From NCBI GenBank assembly GCA_965287045.1, contig OZ336873.1, positions 49,786,001 through 49,850,000 on the forward strand: 64,000 bases of DNA, in the 5' to 3' direction. This DNA is from Carcharhinus amblyrhynchos. Its lineage: Eukaryota. Positions within the stretch are counted from its first letter, which is position 1. Each line of letters opens with the position of its first letter. The position numbers and the translations under genes are program-made. Below, piece by piece: positions 26,263 to 38,148 of the stretch. The notes beneath the pieces are model-generated. The model was not told where the DNA came from, ran no database searches, and was given only the letters and a program-made list of their open reading frames with translations.

Positions 26263-26276
26263 TTTTATTAATAAAA
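26263..26276. promoter_or_regulatory. Candidate bidirectional poly(A) signal TTTTATTAATAAAA
   Basis: 14-bp palindrome giving AATAAA on both strands, ~360 nt downstream of the GASK1-like stop codon. Confidence 0.35.
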
Positions 26277-26630
26277 ACCTTCACATTACATTCTCTCCTC
26301 ATATGATATCTTCCCCTTCAGCCCTGAGGGAATCCTTGATATCTCCGCCAGGTCAGGCTCTCCAGAATGATGGCAAAAACAACCTCTAGGTTTCAAACTC
26401 CAACTCAGTGCATGTAAACTTGTATCTCACCCCAGAACACTTTGTTCAGTTTTGTAAGCCTTGACTGCGATTTGCTTAGACCTGCGGCATTTACTGAGTG
26501 TTTGACATGAAGGTAAAATAAATCCTTTTTACCACCGAGATCACCACTTCAATGTGATGGGTTTCACTCCATGAAATCAACCAATTATTAATTAACCACA
26601 AGTTCAGGTGGAGTTTTCTTCTGTTAAATT

Positions 26631-26835
26631 TCACATCAATGTCTTTTTAGGTTTTGGTCGGTCTTCTCGGATGTACTTTAACAAAGCCTGAGCTCTTTTA
26701 TTGACTTGCTCCACCAGTTTCAATATTGCACTCAGTCCCTTGCTTTGCCAGTATTCGTGGTCCTCATACAACGAACATAAGAGCATCTCGGGCAAACACT
26801 GTGAGGCAATGGTCTTCATTGTGCTGGGAGGTAAC
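26631..26835 (-). CDS. GASK1A-like: Last coding exon of the GASK1-like gene
   Basis: Acceptor ttttggttggctttag|G (phase 2). LPPSTMKTIASQCLPEMLLCSLYEDHEYWQSKG..VEQVNKRAQALLKYI resembles the GASK1A C-terminus (recalled as [45 protein letters not shown]). TGA at 26633-26631. Confidence 0.8.
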
Positions 26836-28074
26836 CTAAAGCCAACCAAAAGTACATTGCATGCCCATTAAAATACGTATGTCGATGTATAAAAGCCATT
26901 CTGATCACAACAACTTGCATTTAAATAACGCCTAAAATGTCCCACTGGAATCTCACAAAAAAGGACATGGGTGGAATTTCTGGCCACTCTCACCTCAACA
27001 CCTAGATCTACAGACCTTTGAATGGTACACCCCCACCTGTGGCAGGCAGCAGAGAACATTCTGCCCATAGAGTCAAAGAGGGAGATCCCAGGACAGGTGA
27101 CATAAAGCTGGCTCAGAGAGATAGGATTTAAGTTGCGCATTAAAGGAGGAGCGACAGGGAGGGTTGGAGAGGGATTTGCGGAGCTTGCAGCTCAGACGCT
27201 TAAGGCATGGCCATCATTGGTGGAGCAAGGGACGTGGAGGATTCACGAGGTCAGAGTTGGAGGAGTGTAGAGTTCTCAGAGGGATGTAGAACTGGAAGGG
27301 GGCTGCAGAAATAGGAAGGAGTGAGACCACGGTGGGCTTTGAGGATGAGGATTTTAATATGAAGGGTATAAATTAAAATTATTGATAGGAATGAACACCA
27401 TCTATGTGGCGTTTACACATTCTCCATGTGTCTGCATGGGTTTCCTCCGGGTGCTCCGGTTTTCTCCCGCAGTCCAAAGATATGCGGGTTTGTTGGATTG
27501 GCCATGCTAAATTGACCACAGGATCAGGAGAATTAGCAGGGTCAATGTGTGGGGTTATGGGAATAGGGCCTGAGTGGGATTGTGGTTGGTACATACTCGA
27601 TGGGCTGAATGGCCTCCTGTACTGTATTGATTCTATGAATGCAACTAACTTCTAAAAATCAAATTCGACCACAAAAGGGGAGAAATTCATTCAGGTTCAG
27701 AATGACTTTAATTCCCCAGGGACAGACAGTACCCTGGGTTTGTAGCTACACAGGCCAAGCAGCATTCTTCAAATGATATCGATGAAGAAGGTCGCGTGGG
27801 AATCACACAGCTAGTGGTCTGTAGTGCTACCTGTCTCCAGGCCATCCACAAATCTTAGCCCCATAGTTTTCAATTTCTTTCCATTAAGCATCAACCAATA
27901 AAAATGAATAGATATGAAACATGAGCATGATGAAGTATGGCTATAAAAATGTCATAACATAAAATTCCCTCTAATGTTCTCAACTATTCTGCCAGATATG
28001 TAGACCCTCTTTCCCCAGTTAGGTTCCCAAACTATCACAGGGAGTCTAATTATTTAATGTTATGTTAACCTGGA

Positions 28075-28395
28075 TAGAATCATAGAATCCTACAGTGCAG
28101 AAGGAGGCCATTCAGCCCATCAAATCTGCACCAACCACAATCCCATCCAGGCCCTATCCCCATAACCAAAAATATTTACCCCAGCTAGTCCCTCCGACGC
28201 TAAGGGCAATTTAAAATGGTCAATCTACCTAACCCGTGTATTTTTGGACTGTGGGAGGACATCGGAGCACCCGGAGGAAACCCACGCAGACATGGGAAGA
28301 ATGTGCAAACTCCACATTGACAATGACCCTGGGAATTGAACCTGGATCTCTGGTGCTGTGAGGCAGCAGTGCTAACCACTGTGCCACCGTGCCAC
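28075..28395 (-). mobile_element. V-SINE, tail type A
   Basis: Full reverse copy. Confidence 0.8.
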
Positions 28396-28705
28396 TGGTG
28401 GATTCATATGGAAGATTAAGAGGGACATCTCAGCTCTGCCCAATCACTTTACTGTCTATGTCATTCATTAACCTCAAAATGCTGTGGTTTCCAATCTAAC
28501 CCTTCTAATTTCAGCACAGCTGAAATATACAAGCTGGGAGCACGGGGTAAGATTTCCAATTCTCGGAAGATCAGAGTGGTGAAAAGTTCCACAATCTTTT
28601 CCAGCTCCATTTGTGAGCGTGTTTGATGACACAACTCTCATGAGCTCTCCCCCATATGAAGATCCCACTTCAGAGCAGCTGGATTCAGACACCATTCTAG
28701 TCAAT

Positions 28706-28840
28706 AAGGGCAAAGTACTGCGGACACTGGAATCTAAAACAAAACCAGAAAATGCTGGAAAATCTCAGCAGGTCTGACAGCATCCGTGAAGAGAAAATAG
28801 AGCCAACGATTCGAGTCTGGATGGCCCTTCATCAGAGCTC
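28706..28840 (-). mobile_element. Short Penelope-like element (family B)
   Basis: Same family as 25742, 34168, 39147, 40270, 44308 and 58886. Ends at the hammerhead stem I. Confidence 0.7.
28800..28840 (-). ncRNA. Minimal type I hammerhead ribozyme motif (one core substitution, GAAU for GAAA)
   Basis: GAGCU CUGAUGA A GGGCC AUCCA GACUC GAAU CG UU GGCUC: stem I GAGCU/GGCUC, CUGANGA core, imperfect stem II. Confidence 0.6.
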
Positions 28841-29567
28841 ACTTTAGTCGAGTTCCTCTAAGGCCCTCAGTACAAGTGATACTTTTAACCTGCCATTAAA
28901 AACAAAAAATGCTGGAAGCAATCAGCAGATTGCTGGTGAGGAAGCTAGTTTTATCGCTTCAGGTCAGTGATGTTCCAGAAGAAAATTTCTAATGAAAGAT
29001 TATCAAGCTCCAAAGATTTCTACTATCTGCAGCATTTCACTTCTTATTGGTGTTCACCACCACCAGCCCTTATCCATCATAATCACATTGAGAGAGCAAG
29101 GTAACAAGGTATATATAAATATCAATAATATCATAAGAATATTTACTACATTTTTCTTTCAGCTGTCTCAAGGACAACTTATCCTCTGCCACATCAGGAC
29201 AGAAAAGCCAGGTAAGCTTTTCTTGGTAGAGGTAAGCACTGCCTTCAGTTGAACATAGGGGAGTTGATCCTAGCCAGGGTTTTCTGCTTCTATTTGCATT
29301 GAGCGGGTTTGGCAATGGGAGTGGAAAACATTGTGAGAAGTGCAAAGAAAATATTGTGAGAATTAATGACACAACCCTCATGAGATCTCCTCCATATGAA
29401 GATCACACTTCAGAGCAGCATCATTGTCAGACTGGATTCAGACACCATTCTAGTCAATAAGAGCTTACCATGATTGTCCCCTCCCTTGTCAGTTGGCAGA
29501 TAGCGCTTCTCACTGTTAAACACCAGAAACTCATCAGAATATATTAGCATCTCATTATCAAACTCAG

Positions 29568-32262
29568 AATTGGGTAAGACTTGAGGGAGACTGAGTAAGA
29601 CTCGAGGGAGAACTGGGTAAGACTCGAGGGAGAACTGGGTAAAACTCGAGGGAGAACTGGGGTAAGACTCGAGGAAGAACAGGGTAAGGCTCGAGGGAGA
29701 CCAGCGTAAGGTTTGAGGGAGAACTAGATAAAGATTGAGGGAGAACTGGGTAAGAAATGAGGGAAAACTAGGTAAGGCTTGAAGGAGAACTGGAGTAAGG
29801 CTTGAGGGAGACCAGGGTAAGGCTCGAGGGATAACTGGGGTAAGGCTCGAGGGAGAACTGGGGTAAGGCTGGATGGAGAACTGGGGTAAGGCTGGATAGA
29901 GAACTGGGGTAAGGCTGGATGGAGAACTGGGGTAAGGCTGGATAGAGAACTGGGGTAAGGCTGGATGGAGAACTGGGGTAAGGCTCGAGGGAGAACTGGG
30001 GTAAGGCTGGATGGAGAACTGGGGTAAGGCTCGAGGAAGAACTGGGGTAAGGCTGGATGGAGAACTGGGGTAAGGCTCGAGGAAGAACTGGGGTAAGGCT
30101 GGATGAAGAACTGGGGTAAGGCTCGAGGGAGAACTGGGGTAAGGCTGGATGAAGAACTGGGGTAAGGCTGGATGGAGAACTGGGGTAAGGCTGGATGGAG
30201 AACTGGGGTAGGGCTGGATGGAGAACTGGGGTAAGGCTGGATGGAGAACTGGGGTAAGACTCAAGGGAGAACTGGGGTAAGGCTGGATGGAGAACTGGGG
30301 TAGGGCTGGATGGAGAACTGGGGTAGGGCTGGATGGAGAACTGGGGTAAGGCTGGATGGAGAACTGAGGTAAGGCTGGATGGAGAACTGGGGTAAGGCTG
30401 GATGAAGAACTGGGGTAAGGCTGGATGGAGAACTGGGGTAAGGCTGGATAGAGAACTGGGGTAAGGCTGGATGGAGAACTGGGGTAAGGCTGGATGGAGA
30501 ACTGGGGTAAGGCTGGATAGAGAACTGGGGTAAGGCTGGATGGAGAACTGGGGTAAGGCTGGATGGAGAACTGGGGTAAGGCTGGATGGAGAACTGGGGT
30601 AAGACTCAAGGGAGAACTGGGGTAAGGCTGGATGGAGAACTGGGGTAAGGCTGGATGGAGAACTGGGGTAAGGCTGGATGGAGAACTGGGGTAGGGCTAG
30701 ATGGAGAACTGGGGTAAGGCTGGATGGAGAACTGGGGTAAGGCTCGAGGGAGAACTGGGGTAAGGCTGGATGGAGAACTGGGGTAAGACTCAAGGGAGAA
30801 CTGGGGTAAGGCTGGATGGAGAACTGGGGTAAGGCTGGATGGAGAACTGGGGTAAGACTCAAGGGAGAACAGGGGTAAGGCTCGAGGGAGAACAGGGGTA
30901 AGGCTGGATGGAGAACTGGGGTAAGGCTGGATGGAGAACTGGGGTAAGGCTGGATGGAGAACTCGGGTAAGGCTCGAGGGAGAACTGGGGTAAGGCTGGA
31001 TGGAGAACTGGGGTAAGACTCAAGGGAGAACTGGGGTAAGGCTGGATGGAGAACTGGGGTAAGGCTGGATGGAGAACTGGGGTAGGGCTAGATGGAGAAC
31101 TGGGGTAAGGCTGGATGGAGAACTGGGGTAAGGCTGGATGGAGAACTGGGGTAAGGCTGGATGGAGAACTGGGGTAAGACTCAAGGGAGAACTGGGGTAA
31201 GGCTGGATGGAGAACTGGGGTAAGGCTGGATGGAGAACTGGGGTAAGACTCAAGGGAGAACAGGGGTAAGGCTCGAGGGAGAACAGGGGTAAGGCTGGAT
31301 GGAGAACTGGGGTAAGGCTGGATGGAGAACTGGGGTAAGGCTGGATGGAGAACTCGGGTAAGGCTCGAGGGAGAACTGGGGTAAGGCTGGATGGAGAACT
31401 GGGGTAAGACTCAAGGGAGAACTGGGGTAAGGCTGGATGGAGAACTGGGGTAAGGCTGGATGGAGAACTGGGGTAAGACTGGATGGAGAACTCGGGTAAG
31501 GCTCGAGGGAGAACTGGGGTAAGGCTGGATGGAGAACTGGGGTAAGGCTCGAGGGAGAACTGGGGTAAGGCTGGATGGAGAACTGGGGTAAGGCTGGATG
31601 GAGAACTGGGGTAGGGCTAGTTGGAGAACTGGGGTAAGGCTGGATGGAGAACTGGGGTAAGGCTGGATGGAGAACTGGGGTAAGGCTGGATGGAGAACTG
31701 GGGTAAGACTGGATGGAGAACTCGGGTAAGGCTCGAGGGAGAACTGGGGTAAGGCTGGATGGAGAACTGGGGTAAGGCTGGATGGAGAACTGGGGTAGGG
31801 CTAGTTGGAGAACTGGGGTAAGGCTGGATGGAGAACTGGGGTAAGGCTGGATGGAGAACTGGGGTAAGGCTGGATGGAGAACTGGGGTAAGACTGGATGG
31901 AGAACTCGGGTAAGGCTCGAGGGAGAACTGGGGTAAGGCTGGATGGAGAACTGGGGTAAGGCTGGATGGAGAACTGGGGTAAGGCTGGATGGAGAACTGG
32001 GGTAAGGCTCGAGGGAGAACTGGGGTAAGGCTGGATGGAGAACTGGGGTAAGGCTCGAGGGAGAACTGGGGTAAGGCTGGATGAAGAACTGGGGTAAGGC
32101 TGGATAGAGAACTGGGGTAAGGCTGGATGAAGAACTGGGGTAAGGCTGGATGGAGAACTGGGGTAAGGCTGGATAGAGAACTGGGGTAAGGCTGGATGGA
32201 GAACTGGGGTAAGGTTGGATGGAGAACTGGGGTCAGGCTGGATGGAGAACAGGGGTAAGACT
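29568..32262. repeat. 23-bp G-rich tandem minisatellite, ~117 copies, inside the GASK1-like last intron
   Basis: Unit ggagaactggggtaaggctggat with variants (gctcgagg, gactcaagg); degenerate copies at the left edge. Confidence 0.97.
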
Positions 32263-32949
32263 CAAAAGGACTGATGGTTTACGGACTGATGGTTCCACTC
32301 AAATCCTGGGGAGGCGCTGGGATGCAGGGATGAAGGGGGAGCGGCTTCTGGAGGCTGCATGTTGCCAAGGGAATGGCTAATGGAAAACCTGTCATTCATC
32401 AGTACCCCATTCCATCTGGGGTTGTTCATACCTGGAGTCAAAGTAGGCACATAATTATGCCCACTCAAGCACCACTTACGTGTGTGAGTGTCACTGGTTG
32501 CTGTTCAGCATGTAACTCTTGGTGGACTCACTTCCAAGATCGATGACTGCCCTGTTGTGCCTGTTCCATTGTCCGAGTAGGTAAGCAATGATATCCTCTT
32601 ACAGAGTTGGCAATAGTACACTACCCAAGGACAGTGCTCCTAATCCTTGGCTGTGTGTTGATGTGCATATTGAAAAGTGTCCTCATGGAACAGGTTCAGT
32701 ACAAGGCCTTGGACTGAAGCTTGGGACAATCCTGCACCGGCGATGAAAGCTCAGGATGCTGTAAAGCAGCTAAAGCTGTGACCACTCAATCATTTGGTGT
32801 GGGGCGAGGGTGGTGTGGGCTGTTGTCAAAGAAGTAATGGCTGAGCATCAAAATTATAGCCAGGCAGGAGTAAGTGGGCTTTGAGAGACAGCTTCCGATG
32901 GATGCTGCTTAGTAAACAAATGCTGACTGTCATGGTTTTTTATTTGATA

Positions 32950-35900
32950 CTGCAGGACACTATCAGGACCTGACATATCCACAGATGTCCGGGAGCCAAT
33001 GCCATCAAAGGTGGTGCATAACCTGTGAACTGGTTGGTCACACCTGCCACCTTCTGCAGGACTTGGCACCACAGGGACTTGGGAGGACAGCCACTGCCAG
33101 TGTCACTGAAAGTTACAGCGGCACTCCATTTTTATGCCAGTGGCTCTTTCCAGAGTTCCACAGGTGACCCCTGCAGCATTCTGCAAGCCTCTGCACACAA
33201 ATACATTCAGGACGTGACAGACACAATCTTCACAAAAGCACATGACTTCATCCATTTCACCCAGGGTTAGTCAAACTAGGCTTTGCGCAGATCCCTGACT
33301 TTCCACAGGTGCAGGGTGCCATCGACTGCACTCACGTGGCACTCAGATCTCTGGGGCATTCAAGCTGTCCATTATGTGAACCACAAGGCCTTCCACTCAC
33401 TGAATGTTCTGCTGCTCTTTGACCACACTAAATGCACCCGGCAGGTGTGTGATTGATTCCCAGTGAGTGTACACTCCTACATCCTGAGCCAATCTCAGAT
33501 CCCTGACATGTTTCAGGGTTCACAGAGGCTGCAGGTTTGGCTTCTCTTGGACAGGGGATACCCACAAGGATGTGGCTGATGAAGTCTGTGTGGAGTCCAC
33601 AGAGAGCAGCTTAGAGCAGATACAGTAAGGCTCCTGCTGCAACTTGCTCTATGGTGGAGCAGACCAAAGGGATGCTGAAGATGAGTTTCGAGGCCTGGAC
33701 AATTCTGGCGGAGTCCTGCAGCATAGGGTATCACACATCGTGGTCGCCTTTTGCACCTTGCATAACCTGATGCTGCAACAGGAGGAGGAACTTCCTGAGG
33801 AGAAGATGGAAGAGTGGCATGTTTCCTCTGATGAGGAGCAGCACATTGAAGGAGCAAAGATTGAGAAGGTCCTTGACAGAGAGAGAGAGGATGAGGCAAT
33901 GTCCAGACAGGGCAGACAAGTTTGGGATGTGCTCACTGCTGCTGGGTTCATGGAGAGTGATGAGGACATCCAGTGAGGCCATCCCATTATCTCCACATGG
34001 AATCTGTGAGCATTGCTCTCCATGGGACTGATGGGAGTGTACACCCTCGCTGACACAGCTCATGTCGTGCTAATGCAGTTACCCATAGTCCCTACATTGC
34101 AGGAGGATGATGATGACTAGCAGTGGGAACATTGCACTGATCCTCAATGTCTGAATGTCTGACTCCTATAACAAAAAAAAAGAAAATGCTTGTAAATCTC
34201 AGCAGATCTGACAGCATCTGTGGGGAGAGAATAGAGCTAACATTTCGAGTCTTGATGACCCTTGGTCAGCATTCACAGTATTTTACTTTTCCTTAATGAC
34301 TGACTGATGGCAGCTCACTTACTCTCAATGACCAGATCACATTATGGCGATGCAACAGGGAAAGTTCCACTTCTCCTGATCTTTCTTCACCCTTTGCAAG
34401 TTGTACCTTTGAGGTTCAGTATCACTGGAGGCTGAGGGATAAAGGTTGGGGGGAGGGATCCAGAGCTCCAAGGTGCAGAGAGCACCCATTGACAATGACT
34501 GGAGTGAATCATGCTTACACTGTGGGAGACATCCTCATTCCCTATGAGAAACAGGCATGTTACCATGAGGGGACATTACTTATGAGCAAGCAAGCTTGCA
34601 CAAATCCTGGACTAAGCACCCCGTCTTTACCATGTGCAGGAATCAACTTTTCAGATCTGAATTACAGGAACAGCTTGTCAGAACAAGAAACCGCAATAAG
34701 TGAGAATTTATTTACAGAGGTGGACACTATCTACTAGTGCCTAACTCCCATACCCATGCTATGCAGTTAAGACATTTTAACCTTTCTAACACTGCTGCTA
34801 TGTCTTGGCGCAGCCCCAGCATTTACAGTGGAAGTGGAGGCAGTCTGCTTTCTGCCATGTCCTATTGTCTGTGATACTTACTGGGTGTCCTCTGGACGGC
34901 TGAAATCTGGAGAGCGTCAGCCTGCTTTCAGAGTCCTGTGGCAGTGCCACCTTCCTCAGTCTGGAGCTGGAGCTGAGGCAGTCACAATAAGAGAGGATTC
35001 AGATGGGCAGGACACTCCCAGAGTCACTCAGGTGAACTGATTCTCCTTCATATGTGTGCCTGAGGTCCCCTGGCCTTCTCACTGGGGGAACAAGAGTGCA
35101 CTTGAGAAGCTCCTCATCCTCTGGCTTTGGCACTCATGGATCCCAACCAGTGCCTGCACCGTGGAGTGTGTGTCCTGCAGCAGTGCAGGACAAAGATCTT
35201 GTACCAAAGAATCCATGAAGCTGCCACCCTAGCTGTGTTGGCCTCTGCAAAGCAGTGTTGGCACAATCACCTCAGATATGAGGCAGACGGTATCCTCCAC
35301 ATGGCCTTTCATTCCGAAGAGTGTACCAAACATCCCTTCCTGGTTTTCCTGAGTTTACCTTTGGAGCTCCAGCAACTGAGACATTGACTACGTCCGGAGA
35401 CATGTCATCTGACTGCGACTCATCAGGTTCCTGGACTCTGGCAATCTTCCAACTGCTGGCATCCCGGGATATCCCTGCTCTGTTTACTGTGGATCCGAAA
35501 ATGTGATTGCTTGCCAGCTTGTGACCTGAAAGCTGTTCTAAAACTAGTGTTTATGTGTCTCTGCACTGGTGGAGGGTGTGGGTGAGCTGTGATGACTTTT
35601 CAATGTCAAGTCTTTGAATTCCTCCTCTGCACTGCGCTTGGGCTGGAGTCAAGGACCTGGCCGGTGTACTCACTGAGCTGCTTCCCAAATCACCATGGAC
35701 CATAAAAACCCTACAGTGCAGAAGGAGGCCATTCAGTTCATCAAGTCTGCATCGACAACAATCCCACCTAGACTCTATCCCGGTAACCCTACATTTTCAC
35801 CCCACTAATCCCTCTAACCTACGCATCCCAGGACACTAATGGGCAATTTACCATGGCCAATGCACCTCACCAGCACATCTTTGGACTGTGGGAGGAAACC

Positions 35901-36950
35901 GGAGCACCTGGAGGCAACCCATGCAGACATGGGGAGAACGTGCAAACTCCACATGACAAACTCACAGCGACCCAAGCCTCGGAATTGAACCCAGATCCCT
36001 GGAGCTGTAAGGCAGCAGTGCTAACCACTGTGCCGCCCATGTGACAGAAAGGAGAGGTCATTAGTGCATGGCAGGGGCCTTTAGAACCAGGAGACATGAC
36101 TCACAGCATTGTTGTCTGATGGATGATACAACGCTGAATCCTCACTTGGTTTATCGCTGCCAACCGCACCATCAGCACAGGAGTGGTTAACACCCTCCTG
36201 GCCAGCTAGAGGGCTCTGTCCTCAAAGTCCATGGAAACTGTCGGTTCTGGAATCCCTCCTCCCACCTGTAATTTTTCCCTCTTGTGTGACAATTTGTCCT
36301 GGATGAAGAGAGATGGAGAGAATGTGAGCAGGATGTGTGTCAGGGCAGCTGTGGATGGTGAAGTGATGAGGCAGCGAGTGGGATCCCTGTGGATGTGTGG
36401 TGGGTGAGTGATGAGAAGGGTGACTTGCATGGCAGGACGTAATCATTCATTCCAGCACCGGATGGCTGCCCTCTCCTGCAAGGTGTTAGCGCTGATCTCC
36501 ACCACCACTGCTCACACTGGGTTGGTGATCTTGCTGGCAGAGCACAGGTATAGCACACCGCTGGGCCTCCACTGCATCCAGCCGCTCTTCCAGGTAGATG
36601 TCAGTGAATTTCAGGCAGCTTTTTAACTTTCACGGCCATGACTTCCCAGCGGTAAGTGTGCCAGCTGTGTGCAGGAGTGGCATTTAAATGTGGCACCATT
36701 AAAGCACTGAGGTGATAGCAGGGTGAGTGAATCAGAGGCCACCCAGCAGCGATATGACATGCAACCCCTGACAGGAATTTTTTTCTTCCACGATAGAGTG
36801 GAAAAAGCCACTACTATCGTGTGTGCCGCATTTCTCACACAGTATTGGCTTTTCCCAATATCGGAGAAAGGCTTGCCTCTTGTCTTCACACACAGTGTAA
36901 AATGGGCGATAATGAATCAGCAACCTTTTTTACATTTCTTCCCACTGATC
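32950..36950. mobile_element. Decayed two-ORF PIF/Harbinger transposon: transposase on + (~32950-33976), Myb/SANT ORF on - (~36200-36640)
   Basis: LKVTAALHFYASGSFQ, FPQVQGAIDCTHVAL, KAFHSLNV, LLLGQGIP (frameshifted LGDxGYP), SHIVVAFCTLHNL, acidic tail; convergent trihelix remnant. Nested Penelope-like element (34168-34290) and SINE (35700-36040). Confidence 0.8.
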
Positions 36951-36951
36951 T

Positions 36952-37335
36952 GACTTGATTTGATTTATTATCATCACATGTATTAACATACAGTGAAAAG
37001 TATTGTTTCTTGCATGCTATACAGACAAAGCATATCATTCATAGAGAAAGAAACAAAAGAATATAGAATGTAGTGTTACAGTCATAGAGAAAGATCAACT
37101 TAATGCAAGCTAAGTCCACTTAAAAGTCTGACAGCAGTAGGGAAGAAGCTGTTTTTGGGTCGGTTGGTATGTGACCACAAACTTTTATATCTTTTTCCTG
37201 GTGGAAAAGAGAATGTCCATGCAGTGTGGGGTCCTTAATTGTACTGGCTATTTTCCCGAGGCAGCAGGAAGTGTAGACAGAGTCAATAGATGGGAGGCTG
37301 GTTTGAGTGATGGACTGGGCCACATTTACAACCTT
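36952..37335 (-). mobile_element. Rex1/Babar-like LINE 3' end
   Basis: Reverse of the 7440-7840 sequence; tail ttgatttgatttatt. Confidence 0.7.
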
Positions 37336-37666
37336 TCACTGACTTCAATGGAAAGAGAGATTGGGATTGCTGAGTTACTGACACCCATTTTACACTGTTG
37401 GACAAGGTCAACTCCTTGCAGTTGTGTGGGAGAAGCTCAGGATTCCTTTCAAACTGATCTCTCCACCCCAATCCTCGACTGTGGTCATTTGGAAATGCCA
37501 AGCAGCAAATGACAGGCACAAACTCTGCCAATCTTCCTGTAGCAACAACAGACCCGTGCCAGTCAGTATTAACTGAGTATGAACTGGCTGGGCCAAATGT
37601 TTCTGTGCTGTACCTTCTATGTATTATTTAACATTTTAAATTAACACAGACATTCTGTGCACTCAC

Positions 37667-37743
37667 CAATATAAATCTTTGAAATTAATTGCATGTCGAT
37701 TCCTGTCTCTGGCGAAGCTATCCAAATTTAGCTTCACATCCAC
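37667..37743 (-). CDS. GASK1A-like: Probable internal exon of the GASK1-like gene (77 nt, VDVKLNLDSFARDRNRHAINFKDLY)
   Basis: Acceptor cttctgtctttttccag|GTG and donor TTG|GTGAGT. Open in phase 0 and ends in phase 2, so it links the first exon in frame to the last exon. Similarity to family sequence is weak (INFK ~ LNFR/K). Confidence 0.55.
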
Positions 37744-37864
37744 CTGGAAAAAGACAGAAGTTTTAAAGAGAATTCAATGAATATAAGCCAAATGCACCAA
37801 GACTTCTGCCAAACATGAGTCCAAAATGCACAAGCACAGTGTGATAAAGGATAAAAGCACTCTA

Positions 37865-38148
37865 AGCATCAGGGACCCGGGTTCGATTCCCGGCTGGAGT
37901 CACTATCTGTAGGAGTTTACACATTCTCCCTATATCTGTGTGAGTTTCCTCCAGGTGCTCTGGTTTCTTCCCACAGTCCAAAGATGTGCGGGTTGGGTGG
38001 ATTGGCCATGCTAAATTGCCCCTTAGTGTCAGAGGGACTAGCTAGGATAAATGCATGGGGTTATAGGGATAGGGCCTAATTGGGATTGCGGTTGGTGAAG
38101 ACTTGGTCCGAATGGCCTCCTTCTGCACTGTAGGATTCTATGATTCTT
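37865..38148 (+). mobile_element. V-SINE, tail type A
   Basis: gggttcgattcc B-box, core and tail. Confidence 0.8.

Noticed and set aside
27831-27940. 110-nt minus-strand candidate GASK1-like exon (one frame ends MGLRFVDGLET)
   Set aside because: The phase-0 frame has a stop, and the open frame is not phase-compatible with the last exon. Kept only as a possible decayed exon.
29070-29381. 103-aa ORF with a signal-peptide-like start
   Set aside because: The start lies in the local duplication, there is no recognisable domain, and it is intronic.
29410-31253. Long Pro/Ser-rich ORFs (399, 364 and 77 aa)
   Set aside because: Translations of a stop-free 23-bp satellite (23-aa period = 3 units); no ATG start or splice support.
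29568-32262. Immunoglobulin switch-region resemblance (GAACTGGGGT versus GAGCTGGGGT)
   Set aside because: The unit lacks AGCT and there are no Ig exons nearby.
32532-32600. Minus-strand LTYSDNG resembling the GASK1 LVYIDN motif, followed by GTGAGT
   Set aside because: No convincing acceptor, wrong phase for the last exon and no further similarity; likely chance.
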